Assembly (NCBI GenBank): GCA_033723415.1
Contig: JAWVXD010000010.1
Location: 1 to 64,000, forward strand
Source of the DNA: Sulfurospirillaceae bacterium
GTDB taxonomy: Bacteria > Campylobacterota > Campylobacteria > Campylobacterales > Sulfurospirillaceae
Reading direction: 5' to 3'
DNA length: 64,000 nt
The notes beneath the pieces were generated by a model that saw nothing but the letters and a program-made list of their open reading frames with translations, did no database searches and was not told the origin of the DNA. Position numbers and translations under genes: made by a program. Positions 24,075 through 35,764 of this stretch are shown here, one piece after another (position 1 is the stretch's first letter; each line of letters begins with the position of its first letter).

Positions 24075-25270
24075 TCTTCATCCTTACTATATAGCGGTTT
24101 TACACCAGGCAGTTCTTTTCCCTCTATAAGCTCTAAACTTGCTCCACCACCTGTTGATATAAATGTCATCTCATCGGCATCTCCGGCACGTGCAACAACA
24201 TCGGCAGTATCTCCTCCACCTATAACAGTAGTTGCATGGGCTTCAGCTATCGTATGTGACATCTTTATACTTCCTCTTGAGAATTTTTCTATCTCAAATA
24301 CTCCCATAGGTCCATTCCAAAGAATTGTTTGTGCATCATTTAAAGCTTCTCTAAAAAGTCTTGAAGTTGCAGGTCCTATGTCTAAACCCATCCAGCCTTT
24401 AGGTATCTCTTGTGTTGTTACAAATTTTAGTGTTGATTCTTGTAAACATGCTTGAGCTGCTACTACATCCACAGGAAGGTACAATTTCACCCCTAGTCTT
24501 TTTGCTTCTGCCATGACAAGGTTTGCCTCATTGATCAGATCATTTTCAACTAAAGAGTTACCGACATCAATGTCTTGAGCTTTCAAAAATGTAAAAGCCA
24601 TAGCACCGCCGATTAAGAGCTTGTCAATACGTGGCAAGAGATTTCGAAGTGCTTGAAGTTTTCCACTGACTTTACTTCCTCCCACAACAGCAGCAAAAGG
24701 ACGTGCCGGAGCCGTTAAAAGATTTTTGGAAAATTCTATCTCTTTTTGCAATAAAAATCCCGCCGCACTATGATCAACATCAAAAAATCTAGTGATAGCT
24801 TCGACTGAAGCGTGAGCACGGTGACAGACACCAAAAGCATCATTGATATAAAAGTCAGCCAATCCTGCTAGATTCTTAGCAAAAACTTCATCATTTTTTG
24901 TTTCACCCTTGTCAAATCTAAGATTTTCCAAAAGCAAAACTTCCCCGCATTTTAAATTTTTTACTTTTTCTAAAGCATCAGGACCGGTAATATCTTTAGC
25001 GAATTGTATCTCAGGAGTTAAAAGTCTGGAAAGTCTTTTTTTTACAGGCGAGAGTGAAAATTTCTCATCATAAACTCCACCCGGTCTTCCTAAGTGACTT
25101 GCCAATATAACAGCACAATTATTATCTAAACAATACTTTATAGTTGGAATCGCAGATTTTATTCTTCTATCATCTGTAATATTTAAAAACTCATCTAAAG
25201 GTACATTGAAATCGCACCTGATAAAAACTTTCTTGCCTTCTATATCCAAATCTCTAACTGATCTTACCAT
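24071..25270 (-). CDS. pgk: phosphoglycerate kinase
   Basis: DFNVP, SHLGRP and STGGGASL motifs. Confidence 0.97.
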
Positions 25271-25279
25271 CTAAAACCC

Positions 25280-26275
25280 TTATTTGCTTACATGTAAAGC
25301 CATGTCGATCAATCTTGATGAATAGCCCCATTCATTGTCATACCAAGACATAACTTTTACCATATTTCCACAAATCACTTGAGTAAGATCAGATGCTACA
25401 AAAGAGCTGTAAGTTGATGTCATAAAATCTCCCGATACTCTTTTTTCTACATCATAACCTAATATGCCTTTTAGTTCATTTTCTGACTTTTGTTTAAAAA
25501 GTGCGTTTATTTCATCTATACTGGTATCTTTTTTAACTATAACATTCAAATCTACCATCGAGACGTTTGGCACCGGAACTCTAACACTTTGTCCGTGAAG
25601 TCTTCCTTGAAGTTGAGGGAGCACCAAACCGATAGCTTTGGCTGCACCAGTAGTTGTCGGGATAATGTTCACAGCAGCGGCACGTGCGCGTCTTGGATCT
25701 TTATGTTTTACATCAACCAAACTTTGCCCATTCGTATAAGCATGAACCGTTGTCATCAAACCTTTGTCGATTCCAAATGCATCATCCAAAATCTTTGCCA
25801 CAGGACCTAAACAGTTTGTTGTACAGCTTGCATTTGATACGATTGCTTGTCCTGCATATTTATCTTCATTGACACCGATCACGAACGTCGGAGTATTATC
25901 TTTTGCAGGAGCCGACATCACGACTTTTTTCACGCCGTTGTCAACAAAAGCCTGTGCACCAGGAGTTGTTAAAAATGCCCCTGTACACTCTAAGACAACA
26001 TCCACACCGTAATCTGAAAAATTTAACTCTTTTGGGTCTCTTGTTGAAAACATTTTTACTTTTGCCGAACCCATTTGCATATAATCATCTTCCAGTATTT
26101 CAACATCTCCTGCAAACACTCCATGAACGCTGTCGTACTTTAACAAATGTTTTGTCATCTCTCTTGCAGCAGTATCATTCACGCAAACCAGCTCAACATC
26201 ATCTCTAGAATCGATTATCCTAGCGACACACCTTCCTATCCTTCCAAATCCATTGATGGCAATTTTTACCGACAT
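25280..26275 (-). CDS. gap: glyceraldehyde-3-phosphate dehydrogenase
   Basis: GFGRIGR, ASCTTNCL and WYDNEWGYS motifs. Confidence 0.97.
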   Translation of the reverse strand: MSVKIAINGFGRIGRCVARIIDSRDDVELVCVNDTAAREMTKHLLKYDSVHGVFAGDVEILEDDYMQMGSAKVKMFSTRDPKELNFSDYGVDVVLECTGAFLTTPGAQAFVDNGVKKVVMSAPAKDNTPTFVIGVNEDKYAGQAIVSNASCTTNCLGPVAKILDDAFGIDKGLMTTVHAYTNGQSLVDVKHKDPRRARAAAVNIIPTTTGAAKAIGLVLPQLQGRLHGQSVRVPVPNVSMVDLNVIVKKDTSIDEINALFKQKSENELKGILGYDVEKRVSGDFMTSTYSSFVASDLTQVICGNMVKVMSWYDNEWGYSSRLIDMALHVSK

Positions 26276-26748
26276 CTCTATTCCTTTTGGTATAATTGCG
26301 ATATTTTATCCAAAATGAGATATATAAAAGTTTAAGAGCATTTGGTTTTGTTACCATTGCACATCAACGACGTCATCAATCTTCTTTTGTATCTACATTT
26401 TAATTTTATATGCCTGTACATCAAAAGATACTTCTATACTATATATTATTTATGTTACTAAATTTGATATTTGCACTACATTTCACGCTATCAATAAATT
26501 GCTTACAAGGGACAATTGAGTTGGATATATTTTTCTTTATTTATTATTAGATTTTTTAATTCTAATTACTATTGGATTATTATAACAACTTTGGTTCCCT
26601 TTTGGTACCCAAAACAAGCATAATATGGAACTATAATGTCACCATAAATATAATAAAATGAGTCAACCGCGAAATTTTATCAATTATAATTTGAAAACAA
26701 AAAATTTGACATTACAAAATAAGCGGCACAAAGAAAGGAGACCTTTTC

Positions 26749-27258
26749 ATGCAAAGGCCAACACCGACACAAGTCGAAAAAACATTAAAAGACGACGAAT
26801 TTATAGTATCCAAAACGGATTTAAAGGGCAAAATCATTTATGGAAATAAAATTTTCATAAAAATTTCAGGGTACAATGAATTAGAACTTATAAACCAACC
26901 TCATTCTATACTTAGACATCCAGATATGCCACGTGTTATATTTAAACTCTTATGGGAGAGGGTCCAAAATAAACAAGAGATTTTTGCCTATGTAAAAAAT
27001 CTTTGTAAAGATGGTGCATTCTACTGGGTATTTGCCAATGTAACGGCTACTATTGGCGAAAACGGAAGTATTCGTGATTTTCATTCAGTAAGGCGAAAAC
27101 CAAGCAAGACAGCTATGGAGATCATACCTGAGTTGTATACCAGACTTTTGTCTGCAGAACATTTAGAAGGAATTGACGCTTCAAAAAAATTACTTGATAA
27201 AATACTTAATGAAAAAGGAATTGACTATGACAGGTTTATACTCAGCCTTCAGCAATAA
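26749..27258 (+). CDS. stand-alone PAS sensor (Aer/CetB-like)
   Basis: [19 protein letters not shown] and YWVFANV Aer-type FAD-PAS motifs. Confidence 0.88.
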   Translation: MQRPTPTQVEKTLKDDEFIVSKTDLKGKIIYGNKIFIKISGYNELELINQPHSILRHPDMPRVIFKLLWERVQNKQEIFAYVKNLCKDGAFYWVFANVTATIGENGSIRDFHSVRRKPSKTAMEIIPELYTRLLSAEHLEGIDASKKLLDKILNEKGIDYDRFILSLQQ

Positions 27259-28669
27259 ACAAACATTACTTTATCTTTTGCTCACTTTGATAAGTGCGAT
27301 ATTGCTGATAATATTTGGTTCCTATTTTCTAGGATTAGCTCTGTTATTGGTCGCAATAGGAGGATTTTTTATACCTAAAAAAGGAGCTTGTGAAGAAATT
27401 TTTAATGATGAACTTATCAAACAAATTCGCAATGTGCTTATCAAAGCAGGAGAAGGAAATCTCTCAACTAGGATCACAAATATAGATGAAAAACATGTGA
27501 TGCAAGGCGTGGCTTGGGGGATCAATGATATGCTTGATCAAACCGAACAGATGATGCGAGACATCACTGCATCCATAGCTGAAGCAAATCAAGGTAACGA
27601 TTTGAGAATTGTTTTTCAAGAGGGATATAAAGGTGATTTTAAGGCTTCAACTCCAAATTTCAATAAAGCTTTGAAAAATATAAGTATCTCATATAAAGAA
27701 CAGCTAAGATCGAAACTTACACAAGAGTTTGAAAAATGTAGCGGAGGTATATCTAAAGCTTTACAAGTCATACAAAACGATATAGCAAAAAATACCAATA
27801 ATGCAGGACTTATACATACATCCTCAAATGAAGTAGCCAAAAAAGTGATGTTAACCAATGAAAGTGTTACGTCTATCGTAAACAACATAGAGTCATTGTT
27901 GGAATTGATAAGTAACTCTAATGATGCTATAACCTCCTTAAATCAAAAGACAAACGAGATTAGTAATATCGCAAATCTCATCAAGGATATTGCAGATCAA
28001 ACAAATCTTCTTGCACTCAACGCTGCCATAGAAGCAGCACGTGCCGGGGAACATGGAAGAGGATTTGCCGTTGTTGCGGATGAAGTAAGAAAATTAGCTG
28101 AGAGAACAGGGAAAGCCACTCAAGAGATATCAATCACACTTCAAACACTCCAACAAGAAGCCAACCAAATACTCTCAGGATCTGAAGATATGAATTTACT
28201 TGCATCTAATTCTCAAAAAGATATCAGCAAATTTGAAAGCACTATAGAAGATTTCTCTAATACTATATCAAGCACTACATCATTATCAAAATCTATAAGT
28301 AGCTCCCTTTTTGCGACACTTGCCAAAGTCGATCACATAATATATAAACATAATACTTACTCTGTAATATTTAATGAGACTATACAAAACACAGCGTCAT
28401 TCACGGATCATTTTCATTGTAGGATGGGGAAATGGTATTATGAAGGAGAGGGAAAACAACTTTTCAGCCACACAGAAGCATACAAAAAGATGGGAATACC
28501 ACACAAAAACGTACATGATCTTGTATTGGATGTGATAAATTGTGCTAAGACAGGTGATTGTATATCTGCAAAAAACTTTGATAGAATTGTTATGACTATG
28601 ACTGCCGTAGAAGAAAATAGCAAAGTGCTTTTTGAGCTTTTAGATGATATGGTAGAACAAAGTAGCTAA
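27227..28669 (+). CDS. methyl-accepting chemotaxis protein (CetA-like) with C-terminal CZB domain
   Basis: TM hairpin, HAMP-like segment, [17 protein letters not shown] core, DH...HCRMGKWY...H..VH; start reassigned by AAGGA RBS. Confidence 0.88.
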   Translation: MTGLYSAFSNKQTLLYLLLTLISAILLIIFGSYFLGLALLLVAIGGFFIPKKGACEEIFNDELIKQIRNVLIKAGEGNLSTRITNIDEKHVMQGVAWGINDMLDQTEQMMRDITASIAEANQGNDLRIVFQEGYKGDFKASTPNFNKALKNISISYKEQLRSKLTQEFEKCSGGISKALQVIQNDIAKNTNNAGLIHTSSNEVAKKVMLTNESVTSIVNNIESLLELISNSNDAITSLNQKTNEISNIANLIKDIADQTNLLALNAAIEAARAGEHGRGFAVVADEVRKLAERTGKATQEISITLQTLQQEANQILSGSEDMNLLASNSQKDISKFESTIEDFSNTISSTTSLSKSISSSLFATLAKVDHIIYKHNTYSVIFNETIQNTASFTDHFHCRMGKWYYEGEGKQLFSHTEAYKKMGIPHKNVHDLVLDVINCAKTGDCISAKNFDRIVMTMTAVEENSKVLFELLDDMVEQSS

Positions 28670-28856
28670 CTATAATTTATTGGTTGGATAAATTTTACCT
28701 CATTGATGTTTTAAAATTTGTCCGACCGACTTTTTTTGTGATATAATCGTATTATTGGCTTATAAATTAAAAAGGACATAAGGTTTTTAGTCAAAATAAA
28801 ATTCCTTTGATTTTGACTAGGTGTGTTTTGTAGATATATTCTCAAAAGGGCAACAC

Positions 28857-30716
28857 ATGGAAAAGAAGAATTTTAAATCACTTTTCTTGTTATATTTTAT
28901 CGTATTTGGAATTATAATCACTCTACTAAATTCTTTCATAAGTCACCGAATTAGTATCTTTGAAATCAACAAATATATAAAAAGATATGCAAAAGCAGAG
29001 TCAATAAATATAACCAAATATATTCTCAAACACTATATGGACAATATGGACAATATAGTATCATCCCTAGCACGCAATAAAATATTAGAATATTATATCA
29101 ATACAGGTGATCCTACAAAAAAAGCAGTGCTTCAAAATTTATTTTTAACGCTTACAGAATCAAACGAATTAATTATGCAATTAAGACTAATAGATGCAAC
29201 CGGACATGAAATAATAAGAGTCAATCGTGATTTTGGAGAGAAATACCCTTATCTAGTAAAAGATTCTAAACTTCAAGATAAAAGTTCACGCTATTATTTT
29301 AAAATTGTAAGCAAAATGAAAAATCAAACACTTTGGCACTCCAAACTAGATCTAAATATTGAAAATCATAAGATCGAAATCCCTTACAGACCTACTATCA
29401 GGATAGCACTACCTCTTTTTAAAAATAGAAAGTTTGTAGGTTTGCTTATATGTAATACTCTGACAAATAAACTATTTAAGAGTATTCAAACATCATCAAC
29501 ATTTGATATTTTCATAGTTGATAAAGATGGATACTATATCATAAATAAAAACAGTCGATACTCTTGGAACAGATACACGAAAATCAAACGTGACCTTAGT
29601 GAAGATTTTCCACAAAATGCTGATCAAATTCTAAAGAACGGTATTGAAAGTAAAAATTTATATATTTATCCATTGAATCATATTTTTAACAATGAAGATA
29701 ATGCAAATTTGATATTGAAACCAAAACAGAGTGTGCTTGAGTCTTTAGAAGCAGGAAGTATGATCTCATCTATCATCATTGCGATTTTTGGTTTTCTTCT
29801 GAGTATCCCTTTAGCGATTTTTATCTCCCGTACACCAACAAAACTTCAACAAATGCTACAAGACAAAAACACAGAACTTAGACGTTTTGCAAATATTATA
29901 GATGAATACGTCATAACTGCCACAATGAAAACAACGGGTGTGATAACAAGTGTCAGTAAAGCCTTTACCTCAATAAGCCATTTTTCTAAAGAGGAACTGA
30001 TTGACAAGAATATACAAGCTTTATTTCATGAAGATAATCCTAAAAATTTGTATCAAGATATACAACACGAACTCTCAAACAATCGTCAATACAAAAAAGA
30101 GATTTTAAATATAGACAAATACGGTAAACCTTTTTGGCTGGATCAAAATTTTATTCCAATCAAAGATGAAAACGGCAACCTGACTTCTTTCATAACCATA
30201 GGTATCGACAATAATGCAAAAAAAGAACTGGAAAAACTGGCACTAGTAGATAAACTTACAAATCTTTATAACAGAAGAAAGATCGATGAATATCTTCAAT
30301 TTGAAATCGAAAAAGCAAAAAGACATAACAAACCATTGTCTATAATCATAATAGACATTGATTACTTTAAAAAAGTGAACGATACTTTTGGTCATCAAAT
30401 AGGAGATGAAGTTCTTAAAAAAGTAGCTCAAATCATGATAGAGAGCACAAGGACATCTGATCTGTGTGGGAGGTTCGGTGGCGAAGAGTTTATCATTATT
30501 TGCACAGAAACAGACGAACAAGGTGCTTTAGCACTAGCAGAAAAGATCAGAATAGAGATTGAAAATCATAAATTTGACAAGGTAGAGCATCTAACCGCAA
30601 GTTTTGGTATTTCAACTTTTAAAACAGATGATAATATGGAGACATTACTAAATAGAAGCGACAAAGCTTTGTACATGGCAAAAGAAAAAGGAAGAAATCA
30701 GTCTATTCTTTTATAG
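28857..30716 (+). CDS. membrane sensor-PAS diguanylate cyclase
   Basis: Two TMs around a Cache-like domain, PAS, RxxD I-site (RTSD) and GGEEF. Confidence 0.88.
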   Translation: MEKKNFKSLFLLYFIVFGIIITLLNSFISHRISIFEINKYIKRYAKAESINITKYILKHYMDNMDNIVSSLARNKILEYYINTGDPTKKAVLQNLFLTLTESNELIMQLRLIDATGHEIIRVNRDFGEKYPYLVKDSKLQDKSSRYYFKIVSKMKNQTLWHSKLDLNIENHKIEIPYRPTIRIALPLFKNRKFVGLLICNTLTNKLFKSIQTSSTFDIFIVDKDGYYIINKNSRYSWNRYTKIKRDLSEDFPQNADQILKNGIESKNLYIYPLNHIFNNEDNANLILKPKQSVLESLEAGSMISSIIIAIFGFLLSIPLAIFISRTPTKLQQMLQDKNTELRRFANIIDEYVITATMKTTGVITSVSKAFTSISHFSKEELIDKNIQALFHEDNPKNLYQDIQHELSNNRQYKKEILNIDKYGKPFWLDQNFIPIKDENGNLTSFITIGIDNNAKKELEKLALVDKLTNLYNRRKIDEYLQFEIEKAKRHNKPLSIIIIDIDYFKKVNDTFGHQIGDEVLKKVAQIMIESTRTSDLCGRFGGEEFIIICTETDEQGALALAEKIRIEIENHKFDKVEHLTASFGISTFKTDDNMETLLNRSDKALYMAKEKGRNQSILL

Positions 30717-31812
30717 ATTCATCAGTTTTTTTTATCTTTGAAGCTTTCTTTGGCGTTGGCGTTTTTATCTCAGTATCGGATGCACTCTCACTATCCTTTA
30801 TAGCTTTAAGACGCGCACGCTTAGTCTCGATTTTCTGTTTTATCTTATCCTTGTCTTCATCTTGTGTTTCCTTGAGGGTTGTCTCTAAATTTTTTATCTC
30901 ATTTATTAATTTTTCTTCTTTTAGTTCTGCCTGTTCAGCTTGTTCAGCTTTATCAAATACGATCTCTTCTGCTTCAACAGATTCTTTTTCGGAAACTTTT
31001 TTAGTAAAGGTTGGGATAATTTTCTCATTTTCGCCGATTCTTCTCTGATTCATAAAAGTAGGTGATACGATTTCAATCCCTGCCGTATGCAATGTATCTA
31101 AAACTGATTTATATAGATTAGAACGTGCGGTGATGAGTCCTTTAACTTCTTCAAGTAAGCCTGAAACTCTATACGTTACGGAAAAATTACCAAGCTCCAG
31201 AATATGAACAAAAGCATGTTCGAGACCACTTCGTTCTGCCGCTTTTATAAGTAGAGACTCTATCTCTGAGTGATGTATATCATATCCTAAAGAAAGAGAT
31301 GCTGACACGATTGCTCCTGAACCAGGAGTCGCAGAGATAGGATTTTTAATTAAATATGCATTTGGTATGGCTATGAGCTCTCTGGTTTCAGATTGTATTT
31401 CTATATCAAATAAACCTCTCTGAGAAACACGGCCAAAAAAGTCACCGACTCTTATAAAATCACCTGTTCGGAAAGGTTTCATTATTCTAAGTAACAATCC
31501 TGCCATCAAATTTCCGATAATATTTGTTGAGGAAAGTGCAATGATTCCTGAAAGAACGATTCCGATAAGACGCATGATATCGCTACGGGCTTCTTCGCTT
31601 ATAGGCAAGGTCATGACAATTGCCAGTATACCTACTACAGTCAAGACCATCAGTAGTATTTGAATCGGAAATTTACGCTCATTGCCGACTTCAGGATATC
31701 TCCCGATAAGAAACCAATAACAAGCCCAAAGGATAGCAACTGAGACTACTAAGATACCTAATGGAAGAAGGAACGGTATGATAGGATTTAAAATATTGTG
31801 TAAAATTTCCAT
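30703..31812 (-). CDS. MscS family channel with coiled-coil C-terminus
   Basis: Three TMs; NLMAGLLL and KPFRTGDFI motifs. Confidence 0.8.
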   Translation of the reverse strand: MEILHNILNPIIPFLLPLGILVVSVAILWACYWFLIGRYPEVGNERKFPIQILLMVLTVVGILAIVMTLPISEEARSDIMRLIGIVLSGIIALSSTNIIGNLMAGLLLRIMKPFRTGDFIRVGDFFGRVSQRGLFDIEIQSETRELIAIPNAYLIKNPISATPGSGAIVSASLSLGYDIHHSEIESLLIKAAERSGLEHAFVHILELGNFSVTYRVSGLLEEVKGLITARSNLYKSVLDTLHTAGIEIVSPTFMNQRRIGENEKIIPTFTKKVSEKESVEAEEIVFDKAEQAEQAELKEEKLINEIKNLETTLKETQDEDKDKIKQKIETKRARLKAIKDSESASDTEIKTPTPKKASKIKKTDESIKE

Positions 31813-31900
31813 AATACTACATCCTTTATATCAGCCTTAGCTAAATTAAGCTAGGAGCATTTGGTAAATTTTAACTTTCTATAACTTAAAAATATATATT

Positions 31901-32368
31901 TTAGCGTGACCTTTTATCGGTATTTTTAGCAAAATAATCAATCAGCAGACTTTCCCATTCGCTTATAAACGATTTATACTGCTTTGAGGTAAAGTTATCT
32001 ATGAACTCATCACCTTTTTCACTTAAACCTTTGTATTTATAAATAACTTCTACTTTTGTAAGATCATCACTTAGTGGAATACATCTAACAGTGATAACAC
32101 CTACTTTATCTTCAGGTTCAACTTTATAAAACTGAATAAAAAATGTCTCAGGTTCATAGCGTTTTACCAGCCAGATGGCTTTTGTCGAACCATGATCATG
32201 TGTATTTGTTAAAAATATATAATCCTCATAAGGACCGTTTGTGCCTGTTACATTTTCATAATCCCATCCTGGAACCCATAACTTTTCTCCTTCTGCACTA
32301 AATAAAGGAAATAATACTTCTGCAGGTTGTTGTATTTCAAAACTAGATAAATATTTAACGGTTGACAT
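31901..32368 (-). CDS. hypothetical protein, probable SRPBCC/START fold
   Basis: AEVLFPLF..EGEKLWVPGW pattern, about 155 aa. Confidence 0.6.
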   Translation of the reverse strand: MSTVKYLSSFEIQQPAEVLFPLFSAEGEKLWVPGWDYENVTGTNGPYEDYIFLTNTHDHGSTKAIWLVKRYEPETFFIQFYKVEPEDKVGVITVRCIPLSDDLTKVEVIYKYKGLSEKGDEFIDNFTSKQYKSFISEWESLLIDYFAKNTDKRSR

Positions 32369-32438
32369 TTATTCTCCAAATTTTATGATGCAAGTCTGTG
32401 TATTTGAGTTTATCAATAAATTGAGAGTAGTGATATAA

Positions 32439-32981
32439 TCAGCCGATTATATCACTTGTAGTTTGAACAGAGCAAAAAACGCTTCCTAGTGCACTCATAA
32501 AACCTTCATGCACATCTTGCGCTTTGATCACTCTTCCTTCAAATTGCAAATCTCTTGTAGCACAAGCATCGTGTGCCAAGACTATTTTATATCCAAGATC
32601 GAATCCTGCTCTAACTGTTGTGTCGATACACATATGAGTCATAGCCCCGCATACGATAAGTTCGTCAATATTTTCTTTTTCTAATTCACTTTGCAATGTT
32701 GTATCTCTAAAACTATTTGGATAATTCTTTTTAATGATCATATCACCTTGAATATCCAAACCTTGATTTAATTCAACACCTTTTGTATTTGGCACAAAAA
32801 ATGTCGAACCCTGACTAAGCGAAAAATGCTGTACAAAGTATATCTTATACTCTTTTTCTCTTGCAAACTTGATCAGTCTGTTTGTTTGCTGCATCGCTTC
32901 TTCAGTACCTACGAGTTCCATATTGCCGCCACAAAAATAATCATTTTGTAAATCTATAATAACTAGTGCTTTTTTCATCAT
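32439..32981 (-). CDS. isochorismatase-like cysteine hydrolase
   Basis: IDLQNDY, K..PNSF and THMCIDTT catalytic triad. Confidence 0.9.
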   Translation of the reverse strand: MMKKALVIIDLQNDYFCGGNMELVGTEEAMQQTNRLIKFAREKEYKIYFVQHFSLSQGSTFFVPNTKGVELNQGLDIQGDMIIKKNYPNSFRDTTLQSELEKENIDELIVCGAMTHMCIDTTVRAGFDLGYKIVLAHDACATRDLQFEGRVIKAQDVHEGFMSALGSVFCSVQTTSDIIG

Positions 32982-33025
32982 AATACTCTTTTTTTATTTT
33001 TAAGTGCAATTATATCGTGATTTAT

Positions 33026-33385
33026 TTAAAGTATCTTTTTGACTTTTCTTTCCAATTCATGTAAATTCACCGGTTTTAAGAGAAAATCTTCTGCATCATA
33101 TTTATGACTTTTTAGTACACGATCCAAAGATGCTTCAGCTGTAATCATAATAACTTGAAGTTCCGGCTTTATCTCTTTGATTTTTTTCAATAATGCAATA
33201 CCGTCAAGTTTAGGCATAGTAATATCAGAGACTACAAGATCTACACGATTTGCCTGTAGATAGGACAATCCTCTCTCAGGATCACTAAAAGTTTTTGTGT
33301 CAACGGCATCAAATCTTTTAAAAAATCTTTCCAATAAAGTAGCCATCTCTTCATGGTCATCAATAATTACAACTGATTTCATCAT
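33026..33385 (-). CDS. single-domain response regulator
   Basis: [13 protein letters not shown] and KP receiver motifs; no output domain. Confidence 0.88.
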   Translation of the reverse strand: MMKSVVIIDDHEEMATLLERFFKRFDAVDTKTFSDPERGLSYLQANRVDLVVSDITMPKLDGIALLKKIKEIKPELQVIMITAEASLDRVLKSHKYDAEDFLLKPVNLHELERKVKKIL

Positions 33386-34707
33386 TTATCCTTTTTTTCG
33401 AATAGTTCTATCCTAGCATCATTCATCATGATCTTTGATTTTTGTTCTACCATAGAATCCAATATCTGAAATACGCTTTCACTCGCATGCTCTAGCTCTT
33501 GCACTAATTTCTCCACTTTCTCTTTGGCACACATCGCATCTCTCTTTGCACACTCGGCAACAAGTACATTTGCGATTTCATGGACAGTTGCGTGTGGACT
33601 GCTTAATTCTTTATATGCCGGTACAATTCTAAACTCTTCATAACCCACTCCTCTTTCATACCAATTGCCCAGTCTACATTCAGTGTGTGAAGTCGCTTTA
33701 AAATCACTTTCTTCGCCAAACAACATAGCATATACCTTGTTTTTATATATAACGTGGTCAATTTTCGCCAATGTACTAAAAATAGTATCACTTAAATAAG
33801 CTATCTCGTAACGATTTCTACTGGAATTTTTTTGGAATGTTGACATTTTTATTCCAAGATTATCAACATAATCTTTTGTTTCTTCCACCATCTTGTTTAG
33901 AGACAAGGTACTGTCTTTCATCTCAACGCTCTCTTGAGAAATAGCTCTTATGACAATCTCGATCTCTTTTGTAGCCTTTTGCGTCTTTTCTGCAAGTTTT
34001 CTTACTTCATCCGCAACGACTGCGAATCCTCTTCCGTGTTCACCTGCGCGTGCTGCTTCTATGGCAGCATTGAGTGCAAGAAGATTTGTTTGATCTGCTA
34101 TATCTTGGATAAGAGTGATGATTTCTACAATCTCGGTACTTCGTTGATGTAAATTTTGCGTTTTATCGACAGCTTCATTCATGCTTTCGGAGAGATAGTT
34201 CATATTGTCTCTTGTTTTATTTGCAAAATTTAACCCTTCTGTAGCTTCTTGTGACGTAGATACTGATTCACTGTTTACACTTTTCAAGTCTTCTAAAATA
34301 TGTACAAATGTATCTTGCGTATCATGAAGTGCTTTTTTAATAGAATTTTGATGGATAGAGAGGATATTACTTTGTGAACCGTCTCTAACATCTTTCTTGA
34401 TGATTATATAAGCAGTGTCTCCGTTAGATAACTTACGCTCCACCACTTCGCCGCTGCAATCATTAAGATTTATACTGTTTTGATGCTTTTTTAGTTCTTG
34501 AATAAGATCATTTTCATTTTGTACTTTACTCTCAGCCAACTCATTTTTAAATGTTATTTGAGAATTTTTGTCTATGACAACCGTAAATTCATTATGTGAT
34601 AATGATGCCAACTCTTTATAATAAAGAACTTCTTTTTTAAGATCTTCGATCTCATCTTTGAGCACAGCCGTAGTGGTTTCTTTTTCATTCTGTTTTGAGA
34701 AAAACAT
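33382..34707 (-). CDS. cytoplasmic chemoreceptor with CZB domain (TlpD-like)
   Basis: No TM; MCP signalling core; DH...[10 protein letters not shown]...H..VH. Confidence 0.88.
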   Translation of the reverse strand: MFFSKQNEKETTTAVLKDEIEDLKKEVLYYKELASLSHNEFTVVIDKNSQITFKNELAESKVQNENDLIQELKKHQNSINLNDCSGEVVERKLSNGDTAYIIIKKDVRDGSQSNILSIHQNSIKKALHDTQDTFVHILEDLKSVNSESVSTSQEATEGLNFANKTRDNMNYLSESMNEAVDKTQNLHQRSTEIVEIITLIQDIADQTNLLALNAAIEAARAGEHGRGFAVVADEVRKLAEKTQKATKEIEIVIRAISQESVEMKDSTLSLNKMVEETKDYVDNLGIKMSTFQKNSSRNRYEIAYLSDTIFSTLAKIDHVIYKNKVYAMLFGEESDFKATSHTECRLGNWYERGVGYEEFRIVPAYKELSSPHATVHEIANVLVAECAKRDAMCAKEKVEKLVQELEHASESVFQILDSMVEQKSKIMMNDARIELFEKKDK

Positions 34708-34708
34708 A

Positions 34709-35599
34709 CTATTCCTTGTAAAATTTGATTGTGAATTCTGCCCCGTTATCTTTATTTTGGGCGCTTATGTGACCATTATATTTTTCTATGATCAATTGAC
34801 TCATATAAAGACCTATACCTGAGTTTTCATCAACTTGTTTTGTAGAGATATACGGCTTAAATATATCTTGTATGATATGTTCATCTATCCCTCCGGCATT
34901 ATCTTGTACGATCAATGCAAGATATAAAGGTTTGTCTTCTATAGAAATATGAATATAACGCTCTTGTATCTTTTTCTTGTTGAAAGCATCTTTTGCATTA
35001 TTTATCAAGTTAATCAGCACATGTTTTATCTCATTGATAGAGCCGTGAGTTTGACTATCTTTTCCCTGCGTAAATTTTATATCAATATGCTGTTTAAGCA
35101 TCTCGTCATGTAATAATGTTAAAGTTTCTTTTATCATAGTATTTAAGCTAAAAAGCTCTCTCGTTTCAACCGGGTTAAAAAAAGTTCTAAATTTTTTGAG
35201 AGTCTCTTTTAAATGTTTTGTTTGAAGGTTTATTGAATTAACCGTTGCTTCTATATACTTTTTATCTATAAGATTGTTCTTAAAATCTTCAGTCATGAGA
35301 TTGACATTCATATCTATAATAGAGAGTGGTTGCGCCCACTGGTGGGCAACTGCATCCATCATCTCACCCATAGCGGCAAGTCTTGTTTGCCTTGCGAGTA
35401 ACTCTTCTTGTACTTTCTGTTTTTGTATCTCTTTTTCAATTCTTTCTTCAAGAAGGTTATTGTAGCAAGTCAGCGAAGCATAAGAAGCTTTAAGTTCTTT
35501 GTACGCTTTATGAATATCTTCGTTTTGAATTTTTTCTTCAAAACGAAGATAGTGCTTTTGAAACAGCTTAAAAAGCTTCGTCTGCCTTGATCTTTCCAT
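34709..35599 (-). CDS. cytoplasmic sensor histidine kinase
   Basis: H-box AHQW, N-box NLINNA, DNAGG and GIGL; no TM. Confidence 0.88.
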   Translation of the reverse strand: MERSRQTKLFKLFQKHYLRFEEKIQNEDIHKAYKELKASYASLTCYNNLLEERIEKEIQKQKVQEELLARQTRLAAMGEMMDAVAHQWAQPLSIIDMNVNLMTEDFKNNLIDKKYIEATVNSINLQTKHLKETLKKFRTFFNPVETRELFSLNTMIKETLTLLHDEMLKQHIDIKFTQGKDSQTHGSINEIKHVLINLINNAKDAFNKKKIQERYIHISIEDKPLYLALIVQDNAGGIDEHIIQDIFKPYISTKQVDENSGIGLYMSQLIIEKYNGHISAQNKDNGAEFTIKFYKE

Positions 35600-35764
35600 C
35601 TAACATATCCTTCAAACTATAAACATCATAACTTTTACGAAACAATATTATATTTAAAATAGATAAATAAATGATTACAAAGTTGTGAATTTTTTATACA
35701 TACCTAAAATATATATAAAAAATTTTGATTTTGTTGAAAATTGAAACAAATTAACAAAGTTATT

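Noticed and set aside
26340..26530. Long intergenic stretch upstream of gap
   Set aside because: All three minus-strand frames are interrupted by stops and nothing recognisable was found
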